DNA of 64,000 nucleotides from Oscillospiraceae bacterium (GTDB lineage Bacteria; Bacillota; Clostridia; Oscillospirales; Acutalibacteraceae): NCBI GenBank assembly GCA_022763825.1, contig JALEQX010000066.1, positions 12,888 to 76,887 of the forward strand, read 5' to 3'. Shown piece by piece: positions 1 to 8,673 of this stretch (position 1 is its first letter; each line of letters starts with the position of its first letter). The notes under the pieces were generated by a model. It saw only the letters and a program-made list of their open reading frames with translations, ran no database searches and was not told where the DNA came from. The position numbers and the translations under genes were made by a program.

Positions 1-171
1 AACAATTTTCATCAAAAAAAAGACAACAAACCGTTTTGATTGAATTTTTTACACCGCATTTATTTTTAATGGAGAATTGATATAATTTTTAGTTAACTTG
101 TCAGAATTTTATAGCTAAACTTTTAATAACACAGTCGTTTTGTCTTTATTCGGGCAAAAAAATCAATACCT

Positions 172-199
172 TTGAAAAAACCGCCGTAAAACGGCGGCT
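172..199 (-). terminator. Rho-independent terminator after the acyltransferase-domain gene
   Basis: Hairpin ccgccgtaaaacggcgg (181-197). An A-run precedes it on the + strand, which is a T-run on the - strand. It lies about 40 nt past the stop at 240. Confidence 0.7.
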
Positions 200-239
200 C
201 AACTGATAATATTCGTTTATCTCTTATTAATATTTTTAT

Positions 240-1166
240 TTATTCATCATTACCGAGAATAAGCGAGGGATTATTGAAAATTTCCTCGAGTTTTTTTACT
301 AACGGGAACATTTCCGCGAAATCGAGCGCTCTGTGGTCAAAGCAGATGCATATGGGCAAAAGGCTTCTTACCTCTCCATTTTCGTTTCCTTTTTCATCTG
401 TAACGACTATATTTCTGCGCTGAATCGAGCTTATACCGATAGCGCATATCTGCGGGGGGATGATCATGAGCATATCAAGCTCGCCCCTTATGCCTCTGGA
501 CGCCGCGCCTATATTCGATATTGTAACGGTACCCTGTTTAAGATCTTCGTACGTGATTCTGTCTGTCTCGGGAATACTCTCGTAAAGCCTCTTTGCCTGT
601 CCCTTAAGAGGAGTAACCTTATGCTTTGCGTTTGTTTTCGAGCCTATAAGACGAAGTAAACCTTTAACTATATGTCCTGATTTGAATTTTTCCATGGTGT
701 CGTGAATCGAGACGGAATACAGAGCCTCAGTAAGATTCGTCTTTTTAAGTCTCCTGTTTATATCGGCGGTATAATGAGCAATTTCGGAAAGTGATTTGTT
801 TCCCATATCCTTCATTGTAATAGTCATCATGTTGCCGTCCGGGAGTGTCCACGGAACCGAAATATCTATATTGTCAAAATATGTAATTTTACCTCTTACA
901 AGACTTCTCTCAAAATGCATATGGGCATTAAGTTCCGGAGCCTCTTTAATAGCCTCTGCCAGCGACTTTAAAAGCACGGCGTTAAAGGTTGCGCGGTCGT
1001 TCTCGGGCGTTCTCTCGGCGTATTTTTTATACGCTTCAAGAAAATCCGTAATGTCCGGCTCATATGTGTAGCTTACGTGCGGAATGTGTCTCCAGCTCTC
1101 CGTTGTCATATTTGCGACTATTTTTCTCTGAATACCGAATCTCATAACATGTCTTACTGCCATCAA
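240..1166 (-). CDS. 2-oxoacid dehydrogenase acyltransferase (E2) catalytic-domain protein, stand-alone (no lipoyl or E3-binding domain)
   Basis: 308-aa ORF. C-terminal 'CFDHRALDFAE' matches the DHRxxDG catalytic His motif of the E2/CAT-like fold. No N-terminal lipoyl-Lys domain is present. Confidence 0.75.
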   Translation of the reverse strand: MMAVRHVMRFGIQRKIVANMTTESWRHIPHVSYTYEPDITDFLEAYKKYAERTPENDRATFNAVLLKSLAEAIKEAPELNAHMHFERSLVRGKITYFDNIDISVPWTLPDGNMMTITMKDMGNKSLSEIAHYTADINRRLKKTNLTEALYSVSIHDTMEKFKSGHIVKGLLRLIGSKTNAKHKVTPLKGQAKRLYESIPETDRITYEDLKQGTVTISNIGAASRGIRGELDMLMIIPPQICAIGISSIQRRNIVVTDEKGNENGEVRSLLPICICFDHRALDFAEMFPLVKKLEEIFNNPSLILGNDE

Positions 1167-1231
1167 AAATCACTCCGTTTTCAATTTATTTTATTCTAAA
1201 AATTGGACTCATATATAATTTTTACATTTCC

Positions 1232-1260
1232 ATGATATCAAATAGTCGGAAGAATGTCAA
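1232..1260 (-). promoter_or_regulatory. sigmaA-type promoter for the E2-domain gene
   Basis: Minus strand reads TTGACA-17 nt-TATCAT, about 65 nt upstream of the ATG at 1166. Confidence 0.55.
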
Positions 1261-1428
1261 TTATTCTCGGCTAAAAAAAGCTTTCAGCTTTAATTGTTAA
1301 CAAACTTGAAACAAAATTATAATAAACAGCGCGTTTTTGTTGCGTAATGTATAAAAAAAATCAGGCATGTTATTGCAGAATAACGAAATTGCATTTATGT
1401 GCGAATCATACGAATCATTGACAAACAT

Positions 1429-1662
1429 TTATAAACAGATTACAAATCCATATACCGTAATATCGGTAAAAAGTCGAGCGGTTAACCTGTGTTTTTCTAT
1501 AAACTCGCTTACCCTTATCTTCGGGTACGGTTTCTTTTTGATAAGTTCCAAAAAAGCATAAAATAGTCTGCCCTTTGCGTTGTCATCCGGAATAATATTT
1601 ATAAAAACCGCCTTGATTCCGACTGTATATACAATAAAAAATACATTACTATCAACCGACAA
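1429..1662 (-). pseudogene. Possible 5' remnant of a TetR/DhaS-like regulator (HTH region only)
   Basis: 'AFLELIKKKPYPKIRVSEFIEKHRLTARLF' resembles the N-terminal HTH of TetR/DhaS-type regulators ('..kpf.kITV.ei......nR.TFY'). The frame stops about 20 aa later. All three frames close within about 40 nt, so no ligand-binding domain follows. Confidence 0.3.
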
Positions 1663-1688
1663 TAATCAACTAAGTGTTATAGCGATTA

Positions 1689-1720
1689 TAAAAAAGCCGT
1701 CGAATAAAAATCGGCGGCTT
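1689..1720 (-). terminator. Rho-independent terminator after the DapB-like oxidoreductase gene
   Basis: Hairpin aagccgtcga/tcggcggctt with a T-run on the - strand, 20 nt past the stop at 1741. Confidence 0.7.
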
Positions 1721-1740
1721 TATAAAATATTTTTATTAAA

Positions 1741-2766
1741 TTAAATATAGTATTCCATCGGATACGGCATAAATTTAATCTCATCCAGTTTATCGCACGT
1801 GACATACCCGGCGTCGGCTCTTAAAAGACTCGGGATTCTGTTTACAATTGTCGCGCACGTATGCTCTACGGTAGCAGGCTTTACGACATGAAATTCAACG
1901 TCGGGTTCGCCTGTTATCTTCCAGTCGCACATATCGCCGTCACCCTCGGCGTAAACCTTGCCGACAGTCTCCTCCTCCACTGTAACACCCTGCATTGTCT
2001 CGATATGAACGACCGCCGACATGCCGAGACATTCACCCTTTTTTATCTCCCTGCCGAGAGTCGAAGAGTAAACGGCTTTGTCGGCAATGTACGGGACATG
2101 TCTCTGACTTATCGACTTTACGGTAAGACCGAGCTTTGAGCATATAGCCTCGCTCGAATTCCACGCGTATGACGGCTCGAACGATTCCGGACGCGCGATA
2201 GTTTTATTGAATTCGTCCTCACTTAAACCGCATCCGTGAGCCTCGGCAAGTGCAAGTCCGTACTCGTCGACATTATAGCTGTAAACTCCGTGAATCGACT
2301 TTATCGAATTACATCCCGCGCCCAGAAGCGCGACGGAATTAATCCAAAATATATCCTGCATGCCCGAACCCGTGACGGTACAGCAGTTCTCCCGCGCGAG
2401 AGCGTCAATCTTGTTTATCATTTCTGCGGAGGTCGTCCACGGATATATCGCCTCTTCACATGTCGTAATAACGTTAATTCCGCGCTCGACGCACTTTTCG
2501 ACATGATCGTATATGTCGCCGATAAAGCTGAAAAGTGTAACGACCGCCACGTCTGCACAGCAGTTGTCGAGAACATAATCCGCGTCGTCGGAGACAATAA
2601 CGCCCGTATTAACGCCGAGTCCCGCAATTTCGCCGACATCCCTGCCGACAACCTCGGGATCGACATCGATCGCGCCGACTATCCTTGCGCCGTGTTCGTG
2701 AAGATAGCGCATGATGTAACGGCTCATTTTACCGCATCCGTACTGTACGACTTTGATTTTTTCCAT
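1741..2766 (-). CDS. NAD(P)-binding DapB-like oxidoreductase (dihydrodipicolinate reductase / 2,4-diaminopentanoate dehydrogenase family)
   Basis: N-terminal Rossmann motif '[11 protein letters not shown]'. Length and overall pattern fit DapB-N/Ord-like dehydrogenases. SD AAAGGGGA lies 7 nt before the ATG at 2766, so the GTG at 2784 in the track is probably not the start. Confidence 0.65.
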   Translation of the reverse strand: MEKIKVVQYGCGKMSRYIMRYLHEHGARIVGAIDVDPEVVGRDVGEIAGLGVNTGVIVSDDADYVLDNCCADVAVVTLFSFIGDIYDHVEKCVERGINVITTCEEAIYPWTTSAEMINKIDALARENCCTVTGSGMQDIFWINSVALLGAGCNSIKSIHGVYSYNVDEYGLALAEAHGCGLSEDEFNKTIARPESFEPSYAWNSSEAICSKLGLTVKSISQRHVPYIADKAVYSSTLGREIKKGECLGMSAVVHIETMQGVTVEEETVGKVYAEGDGDMCDWKITGEPDVEFHVVKPATVEHTCATIVNRIPSLLRADAGYVTCDKLDEIKFMPYPMEYYI

Positions 2767-2980
2767 AATAATATCCCCTTTCACTCTGTAACGCCTAAAA
2801 GTTTACATCTGATTACAAGTATGGCTGCGTTTAACAAGGATGAAAACGCAGGCAGGCTGGCGCCTGTCAAGTTTGAAGACGCAGTTAAACGCTGTCATAC
2901 GCCGTAATGCTTGTAAAGTTTCAGGCGGTGCGGAGTGTTTATTTTTGAGAATATTATTGACCGGAATTTACAATTAATAC

Positions 2981-3020
2981 AAAAAAGCAGATTATCCGAT
3001 GATAGGACAATCCGCTTTTT
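2981..3020 (-). terminator. Terminator closing the DUF4428-SPFH-ZnR-TPM operon
   Basis: Imperfect hairpin gcagattatcc...ggacaatccgc flanked by an A6 run and a T5 run, 20 nt past the stop at 3040. Confidence 0.6.
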
Positions 3021-3039
3021 CGCAAATATAATTTAATTA

Positions 3040-3816
3040 TTAATCTTCATTCTGTTTCGACCTCGGAGTCTTATCTGTTTCGGAACGGATGAACATCTCC
3101 GCGCTCGAAGTTATTTTAAGACTGCCGGGCTTCATGTATTCCGAAGCGCTGTCGTTCTTTACCGCTGTGTTCATCTGCTTTTTAAGAATAAGGCAGACTA
3201 TAACTGCACCTATCAAAGCGACGGCAATAACGATAAGCTCCTTTTTAAGAACCGACGTTTTTTCGGAATGCTCCGAATTCTGAGAATAAACAGTCCCGTC
3301 GTTTTTCCCGTCGTTTTTTTCCTTGGAATCGTAAACCGCGATACTGTTGATTCCGCCCGACGGATCGTCGGCGGCGATATAAGAAGCGAGAGTCATGCAC
3401 GAGTTATATATCTCCCCGCTTGAGAAGAAATCGCTTATCATATCTTCAAGAAGCGAGGAATCATATACACCCTCGGCATTTCCCGTCGGAACGACCGCAA
3501 AAGTATTCGAATCATAATCAAATACCGCATAAATCACACCGCCCGAAGCAGTTGACGTTATACCGGAGGCGAACTGCGATAAGTATTCCCGTGCCGAAAA
3601 ATCGGGGTTTTCCGATTTCGTTACAATATACAATTCAACATTCCGCTCCTCGGCGGCGGAGTCTAACATCTGAGAAACGGTGTTTTCCTCATCGTCGCTT
3701 AATTTATCCGCATAGTCGAACAGATATCTGTGTTCTCCGACCGAAGCAAAAACGGGAACGCAGAGAACTGCAAGCATTAAGAATACAAAAATAATCGAAA
3801 CCGCTTTTTTCACCAT
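3040..3816 (-). CDS. TPM-domain membrane protein (YdjH-like)
   Basis: Signal/TM segment at the N-terminus. 'YLFDYADKLSDDEENTVSQML...VELYIVT' is the TPM/repair-phosphatase-like signature. A C-terminal TM helix follows. Confidence 0.75.
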   Translation of the reverse strand: MVKKAVSIIFVFLMLAVLCVPVFASVGEHRYLFDYADKLSDDEENTVSQMLDSAAEERNVELYIVTKSENPDFSAREYLSQFASGITSTASGGVIYAVFDYDSNTFAVVPTGNAEGVYDSSLLEDMISDFFSSGEIYNSCMTLASYIAADDPSGGINSIAVYDSKEKNDGKNDGTVYSQNSEHSEKTSVLKKELIVIAVALIGAVIVCLILKKQMNTAVKNDSASEYMKPGSLKITSSAEMFIRSETDKTPRSKQNED

Positions 3817-3826
3817 TCCCGCCCCC

Positions 3827-4894
3827 TTACAGTAAAAATACGAATATCTGACCGAGCAGAGCGATACCCGCTGTTATTCCGCCGAAGATAAGCCCCAGCT
3901 TTTTTTTGTCGATCGGAAGCTCGCCGGATACCTTGCCGGTCTGTCCGTTGACTGCAAACGTATAGTTTTTGCCCGCAAATTTCGTTGTAAACATCCACAC
4001 GGGCAAAAGAGCGTATCTGTACTTTCCGTTAAGCGTCCGGATACACGAATTTACCGGACGTACGGTATCGAAGCCCTTAACCGTCTTTTCAAACGACGAA
4101 ATACACGCGTTCTCTATACGCTGTTTAGCCCTCGGGAAGCTCGCTTCTGCGTCAACGTCGTATTTGTCCGCCATAAATCCCGAGAGAAACGCCGGGTCAA
4201 ACCCCGTCATGCCGTCGTACGAATAAGGCTCGAGTCCCTCCATATATTCGTCGGGCATTTTCGACGAGCCGTCGACAGGGATATTTTCATACCCGGCCGT
4301 ACCCGCTCGCAAAACGTTATAGTAACTCGTCTCGGTATAATCATAGTCGCTGTCGCTCCACTTTTTCTCCCTCGTCGCCTCAAACGTTATATTAACGTCG
4401 GCGTCCGAATCGAAAAGCCAGAACGGCACGTACACGCCTTTTATTTCTTTTATTCTGTTTTCGCTTTTAAACACGCTCGGGAGCAGAACTTTTCCTTTAT
4501 AGAAATTTTTAAGAGCGTTCTTAGCGTCCTCCTTGCTTAATTTAAACGGAATAACGCAGTCTGGGCGGTTTACTCCCGAAAGACGGTCCGCAAGAACAAC
4601 GGGATTTCCGCAGTAAGGGCACGATGACGCCGACGACGTTTCGTCCGTAATCAGCTGAGCCCCGCAGGACTTGCATATATAGCCGTTCATGTTATCCATA
4701 ACCGCGCCGTCGGAAACGGGAACAAATTCATAATTTGACTTTTGCTCCGCGGCGTTAATCATATCCGAATAGCTTTTTAGCTGTTCCGAAGTAAAAACGC
4801 TGTCGCAGTTTTCACATTTAAACTGCTGATTTGACGGGTCGAACTTTATGTTCCCCCCGCAGTTCGGGCATTTATAGTCAAGAATTGCCGGCAT
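3827..4894 (-). CDS. Zinc-ribbon membrane-anchored protein (YdjG-like)
   Basis: N-terminal 'CPNCGGNIKFD..FKCENCDS' zinc ribbon, a second CxxC...CxxC ribbon, and a C-terminal TM helix. It sits between SPFH and TPM genes, as in the B. subtilis ydjGHI operon. Confidence 0.7.
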   Translation of the reverse strand: MPAILDYKCPNCGGNIKFDPSNQQFKCENCDSVFTSEQLKSYSDMINAAEQKSNYEFVPVSDGAVMDNMNGYICKSCGAQLITDETSSASSCPYCGNPVVLADRLSGVNRPDCVIPFKLSKEDAKNALKNFYKGKVLLPSVFKSENRIKEIKGVYVPFWLFDSDADVNITFEATREKKWSDSDYDYTETSYYNVLRAGTAGYENIPVDGSSKMPDEYMEGLEPYSYDGMTGFDPAFLSGFMADKYDVDAEASFPRAKQRIENACISSFEKTVKGFDTVRPVNSCIRTLNGKYRYALLPVWMFTTKFAGKNYTFAVNGQTGKVSGELPIDKKKLGLIFGGITAGIALLGQIFVFLL

Positions 4895-4932
4895 ATCGTC
4901 ACCTCGTTATGTAAATCAATATTTAAATACGT

Positions 4933-6339
4933 TTATTTTATATCGTTGTCGTCGAATATATCTCCGCACTCGGGACAGAACTTAGGCGGATTATAAGGAT
5001 CCTCAGGAGTCCATCCGCACTTATCGCATCTGTAAAGAGGCGCGCCCGCGGGCTTGGGAGCACCGCACTGCGAGCAGAATTTACCCTTGTTTACAGCTCC
5101 GCATTTACATGTCCAGCCGTCCTCGGACGGTTTCGGCGAACCGCATTCGGGACAGAACTTGCCCGTCGCCTGAGCCCCGCATTTGGCGCATTTCCACGCC
5201 TGCGAATTATTGACCTCGGGCTTTTTCGCTCCGCACTGAGGACAGAAATTACCGCTGACATCAGCTCCGCAGGCACACTTCCACGTGCTGCCCGAGGGAG
5301 CAGCCGCCGGCTGCTGATTCTGCGCGTTCTGCTGACCCATTGCAAAAAGATTCTGCGCGTTCATTCCGCCTCCGGCATTCATTGCCATACCCATGCCCAG
5401 GAATCCTGTCATTGCGCCTGCGGAATTTCCTGCCGCCGTCTTCATCGCGTCAGCCTGAGCGCCTACGAGCGTAGCCGCCGCCATTGTCGGGTCGCGCATG
5501 ATAGCGGTGCGCTGAGCCTGCTTGATAAGCTCCGCGTCCTCTTCGGGAAGCGTTACGGAACCGAGAGCTATGCTTACTATCTGCAAGCCTCTGAGCTCTC
5601 CCCATTTCTCGCTTAAAACCCTATTCATTGCGCTCTCGAGCTCCGTCGTATGAGTCACGATCTGGTTGGGTCTCATTTCGAGATCGGAAAGCGCGCCGAA
5701 TGCCGGCTGTAACGCCGAAATAAACTCGGTTTTAAGCTGACCGTCAATATCCGAACGTGTATATTCCGACTCGACGTTTCCGCATACTCTCGTATAGAAG
5801 AGCATGGGGTCGCTTATTTTATACGAATATACTCCCGAACAACGGATTGAAACGTCAATATCAAGTCCGATTTTTGAGTCAACGACTCTGAACGGAATGG
5901 GATTGGGCGTGCCGAATTTATTATCGATAAGTTCTTTCGTATTAAAATAATAAACTCTCTGATCCTTAGCCGTATCTCCGCCGTATGTAAAACGCTTGCC
6001 TATCGTTGCGAACGTCTTTTTAAGACTGTCGCCGAACGAACCCGAGAAAATGGTCGGCTCGGATGAAGTGTCATATGTATATTCGCCCGGTTCCGCACAA
6101 AATTCAACAACCTTGCCCTGCTCGACGATCATCATACACTGACCGTCGGCTACGGCAATGCCCGAACCGTTTGAAATAATATTGTCGTTGCCTTTCGTAT
6201 TTGACGAACGGCCCGTCGTTCTCTTCTGTCCTTTTGTGACAAGGACGTCCTTATCCATGGAATCGCAATAGAAAAATTCCTTCCACTGATCGGCAAGAGT
6301 TCCGCCTAACGCGCCGATACCTGCTTTAATAAGACCCAT
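4933..6339 (-). CDS. SPFH/Band-7-like protein (YdjI-like) with a low-complexity linker and four C-terminal zinc ribbons
   Basis: 'MGLIKAGIGALGGTLADQWKEFF' is a YdjI-type N-terminus. An M/G/Q/N-rich linker follows, then 4 x (C-x1-2-C ... FC-x2-CG) repeats in the last 117 aa. Confidence 0.75.
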   Translation of the reverse strand: MGLIKAGIGALGGTLADQWKEFFYCDSMDKDVLVTKGQKRTTGRSSNTKGNDNIISNGSGIAVADGQCMMIVEQGKVVEFCAEPGEYTYDTSSEPTIFSGSFGDSLKKTFATIGKRFTYGGDTAKDQRVYYFNTKELIDNKFGTPNPIPFRVVDSKIGLDIDVSIRCSGVYSYKISDPMLFYTRVCGNVESEYTRSDIDGQLKTEFISALQPAFGALSDLEMRPNQIVTHTTELESAMNRVLSEKWGELRGLQIVSIALGSVTLPEEDAELIKQAQRTAIMRDPTMAAATLVGAQADAMKTAAGNSAGAMTGFLGMGMAMNAGGGMNAQNLFAMGQQNAQNQQPAAAPSGSTWKCACGADVSGNFCPQCGAKKPEVNNSQAWKCAKCGAQATGKFCPECGSPKPSEDGWTCKCGAVNKGKFCSQCGAPKPAGAPLYRCDKCGWTPEDPYNPPKFCPECGDIFDDNDIK

Positions 6340-6365
6340 AGTATATTCTCCCTACTAAAATTTAT

Positions 6366-7358
6366 TTATTTTTTCAGAGGAGTTCCGCAATTGGGACAAA
6401 ACGCGGACATAGCCGTGTTCTGAGCACCGCAAGACGGACAGAACGGCATAACCGCCGCCGAATTCTGCGGAACGCTCTGTTGATTATATGACTGCTGTGT
6501 ATTCTGATTGCCGAATCCGCCCTGCTGAACAGGCTGCTGATTATATCCGCCGGCATACGGATTCTGATTTGCGAATCCGCCCGAAGCGTTTGGATTCTTG
6601 ATTTGACGGCAAAGCTCCATTATCGCAAGAGCGTCGTTATATGCCTGCATGAGCTGAGTGGGAGCCGCATTTTCGGGAATATGTGCGACGTTTAATTTAA
6701 TCTCGTTTATGTACGGGTGATTGACGACTATATACGCGTCAACGGAGCTTACGCGTCTCGGATTTCCGTCATAATCCACGGAACGGTCTGTATTCCTCAT
6801 ATACTGTGCGACGGAAACGGTTGAAGCGTTCATACCCATGGCTCCCTGCATACCCATCGGATTCATCATACCCATTGAATTCATCACACCGCCGAACATC
6901 GCCCCGTTACCCTTAGGCTGAACCGCTTGACCCGTGCGGTTGTCAAAGGTATCTACTCTGTCGGGTATGCCGTCGTCGTCGGAATCCCTCTCGTCCGTAT
7001 AGGATTCTTTAAGGTAAAAATCCATCAGCTGTGAAAAATCGAAAACCTCGGGATTATTCTCGCTGTAATCCCTGCCGATGTTAAAACAGAATTTTCCGTT
7101 GGACATATCAACCATGATTTTGTCACGTACGCCCGCGCCCGCGCTCATATGAAACTGCGCATACTTCTGTCTGTTATTTTCGCGCGCTTCAAGGTGAGCT
7201 TTAACGTCGGATACGCTTCTTTCTCCCCAGCTGCCGGAAAGACAGCTTAATTTTTTCTTGCAGTCCGAGCAGAGAAAGCCGTCCGACAGCTTCAGACGGG
7301 TAAGCATGTTAACCTTTTCATTGCACAAATCACAGAATTTCTTTTCAAAAAGTCCCAT
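6366..7358 (-). CDS. DUF4428-like zinc-ribbon protein with Q/N/G/M-rich low-complexity regions and a C-terminal zinc ribbon
   Basis: N-terminus 'MGLFEKKFCDLCNEK...GFLCSDCKKKL'. Also an acidic 'DSDDDGIPDRVD' Ca-binding-like motif, an M/G-rich block, a Q/N-rich block, and the terminal 'FCPSCG...FCPNCG'. Confidence 0.65.
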   Translation of the reverse strand: MGLFEKKFCDLCNEKVNMLTRLKLSDGFLCSDCKKKLSCLSGSWGERSVSDVKAHLEARENNRQKYAQFHMSAGAGVRDKIMVDMSNGKFCFNIGRDYSENNPEVFDFSQLMDFYLKESYTDERDSDDDGIPDRVDTFDNRTGQAVQPKGNGAMFGGVMNSMGMMNPMGMQGAMGMNASTVSVAQYMRNTDRSVDYDGNPRRVSSVDAYIVVNHPYINEIKLNVAHIPENAAPTQLMQAYNDALAIMELCRQIKNPNASGGFANQNPYAGGYNQQPVQQGGFGNQNTQQSYNQQSVPQNSAAVMPFCPSCGAQNTAMSAFCPNCGTPLKK

Positions 7359-7456
7359 AGTAATTTTCCTTTCAAATTTATAATAAAAAACATATCCTGT
7401 AATTATATTATAAATTGAAAGAAATAATTGCGCCCCTCCCGAACGGGCAGTTTTTG

Positions 7457-8584
7457 TTATTTATCGTAAGAGTCGAGAAAACTAATCTTCTTTCCGCCCA
7501 TTTTATATGATATAACCGCCTCGGTATTGACGTTTTCAACGCTTTTAAATATACGCGCCTCAACCTCCGGATTCGTTTTTTTGAGCTGTTTTATAAGATT
7601 TTTCGCTTCTATTCTCTTTGAACGGTTTTCGCCGTTATTGCATGTCGTACACGTATCGGTAAATTTGCACGCGCACTGTATAAAATGCAGACCGTTATAG
7701 TCGCGCCATGCCTTTATGTCGTCCTCTCTTATAAGATACATCGGACGTATTAGCTCCATACCCTCGAAATTCTGAGAGTGAAGTTTTGGCATCATGGTCT
7801 GTATCTGCGCGCCGTATATCATACTCATCAGTATCGTCTCGATAACGTCGTCGTAATGATGACCGAGCGCGATTTTGTTGCATCCCATCTGTCTTGCGTA
7901 GTCGTATAAATGTCCGCGCCTCATTCTCGCGCAGAGATAGCACGGCGATTTTTCAACATTATAAACGGAGTCGAATATATCGGACTCGAATATCTGAATC
8001 GGAATATTGAGCTTCTTCGCGTTTTCCTCGATAACCTTTCTGTTAGCCGGGCTGTAACCCGGGTCCATTACGAGAAATTTAACTTCGAACGGAAATTTAT
8101 TATGCCGTTTAAGCTCCTGAAAAAGCTTCGCGCACAGCATCGAATCCTTACCGCCCGATATGCACACGGCTATGCGGTCGCCCTCTTTTACAAGGTCGTA
8201 TTCGTTAAGCGCCGCCGTAAAACGCTTCCATATCGTTTTTCTGAATTTACGCTTTATGCTGTCCTCTGCTTTACGGCATATTTCGGCGTTGTCATCCTTC
8301 GAAATTCTGTCTATAAGCCACGCGTTATACCCGCCCTTAAGAGAGTAAACGTCGTAACCGTCCTCTCGTAATTCCTCGCACAAATCGAGCGTGATTTTAC
8401 CGTGAGTACAGTATATTACGCTTTTTCTTTTGTCATTTTCGAGTTTGTCTCTGATATCGCCGATATCGACTCTGACAGAACCGGGAATCGCGCCGTACTG
8501 AACGTCGTGCTCGCTTCTGATATCATAAACCGCCGTATCATCGCCGAGGTTATTAAATTCTTCAATCGTTATTTCAGTATTCAT
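7457..8584 (-). CDS. ttcA: Rhodanese domain fused to TtcA-family PP-loop tRNA thiolase
   Basis: The N-terminal ~100 aa are rhodanese-like with a candidate active-site Cys in 'VIYCTHG'. The PP-loop 'CISGGKDS', 'CYLCARMRRG' and a C-terminal Cys cluster are typical of TtcA. Confidence 0.8.
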   Translation of the reverse strand: MNTEITIEEFNNLGDDTAVYDIRSEHDVQYGAIPGSVRVDIGDIRDKLENDKRKSVIYCTHGKITLDLCEELREDGYDVYSLKGGYNAWLIDRISKDDNAEICRKAEDSIKRKFRKTIWKRFTAALNEYDLVKEGDRIAVCISGGKDSMLCAKLFQELKRHNKFPFEVKFLVMDPGYSPANRKVIEENAKKLNIPIQIFESDIFDSVYNVEKSPCYLCARMRRGHLYDYARQMGCNKIALGHHYDDVIETILMSMIYGAQIQTMMPKLHSQNFEGMELIRPMYLIREDDIKAWRDYNGLHFIQCACKFTDTCTTCNNGENRSKRIEAKNLIKQLKKTNPEVEARIFKSVENVNTEAVISYKMGGKKISFLDSYDK

Positions 8585-8613
8585 TATAGTCCTCTGATAT
8601 TTAACTTATCTTA

Positions 8614-8642
8614 ATTATAAATTATAATCAAGTTTTAGTCAA
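8614..8642 (-). promoter_or_regulatory. sigmaA-type promoter for the rhodanese-ttcA gene
   Basis: Minus strand reads TTGACT-17 nt-TATAAT, immediately after the upstream terminator hairpin. Confidence 0.6.
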
Positions 8643-8643
8643 G

Positions 8644-8673
8644 ATAAAAGGAGCCGATGCTGTTATCGGCTCC
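8644..8673 (-). terminator. Rho-independent terminator of the mntP-DUF2284 operon
   Basis: Hairpin ggagccgat...atcggctcc overlaps the stop codon and is followed by TTTTAT on the - strand. Confidence 0.65.

Noticed and set aside
2236-2907. 223-aa plus-strand ORF.
   Set aside because: It is antisense to the well-supported DapB-like oxidoreductase gene. It has Arg/Ser-rich shadow-frame composition, no SD and no recognisable motif.
5091-5345. 84-aa minus-strand ORF in an alternative frame inside the SPFH gene. The same applies to 6374-6556 inside the DUF4428-like gene.
   Set aside because: These are Arg-rich out-of-frame readings of the zinc-ribbon and low-complexity regions. The main frames carry the recognisable motifs.
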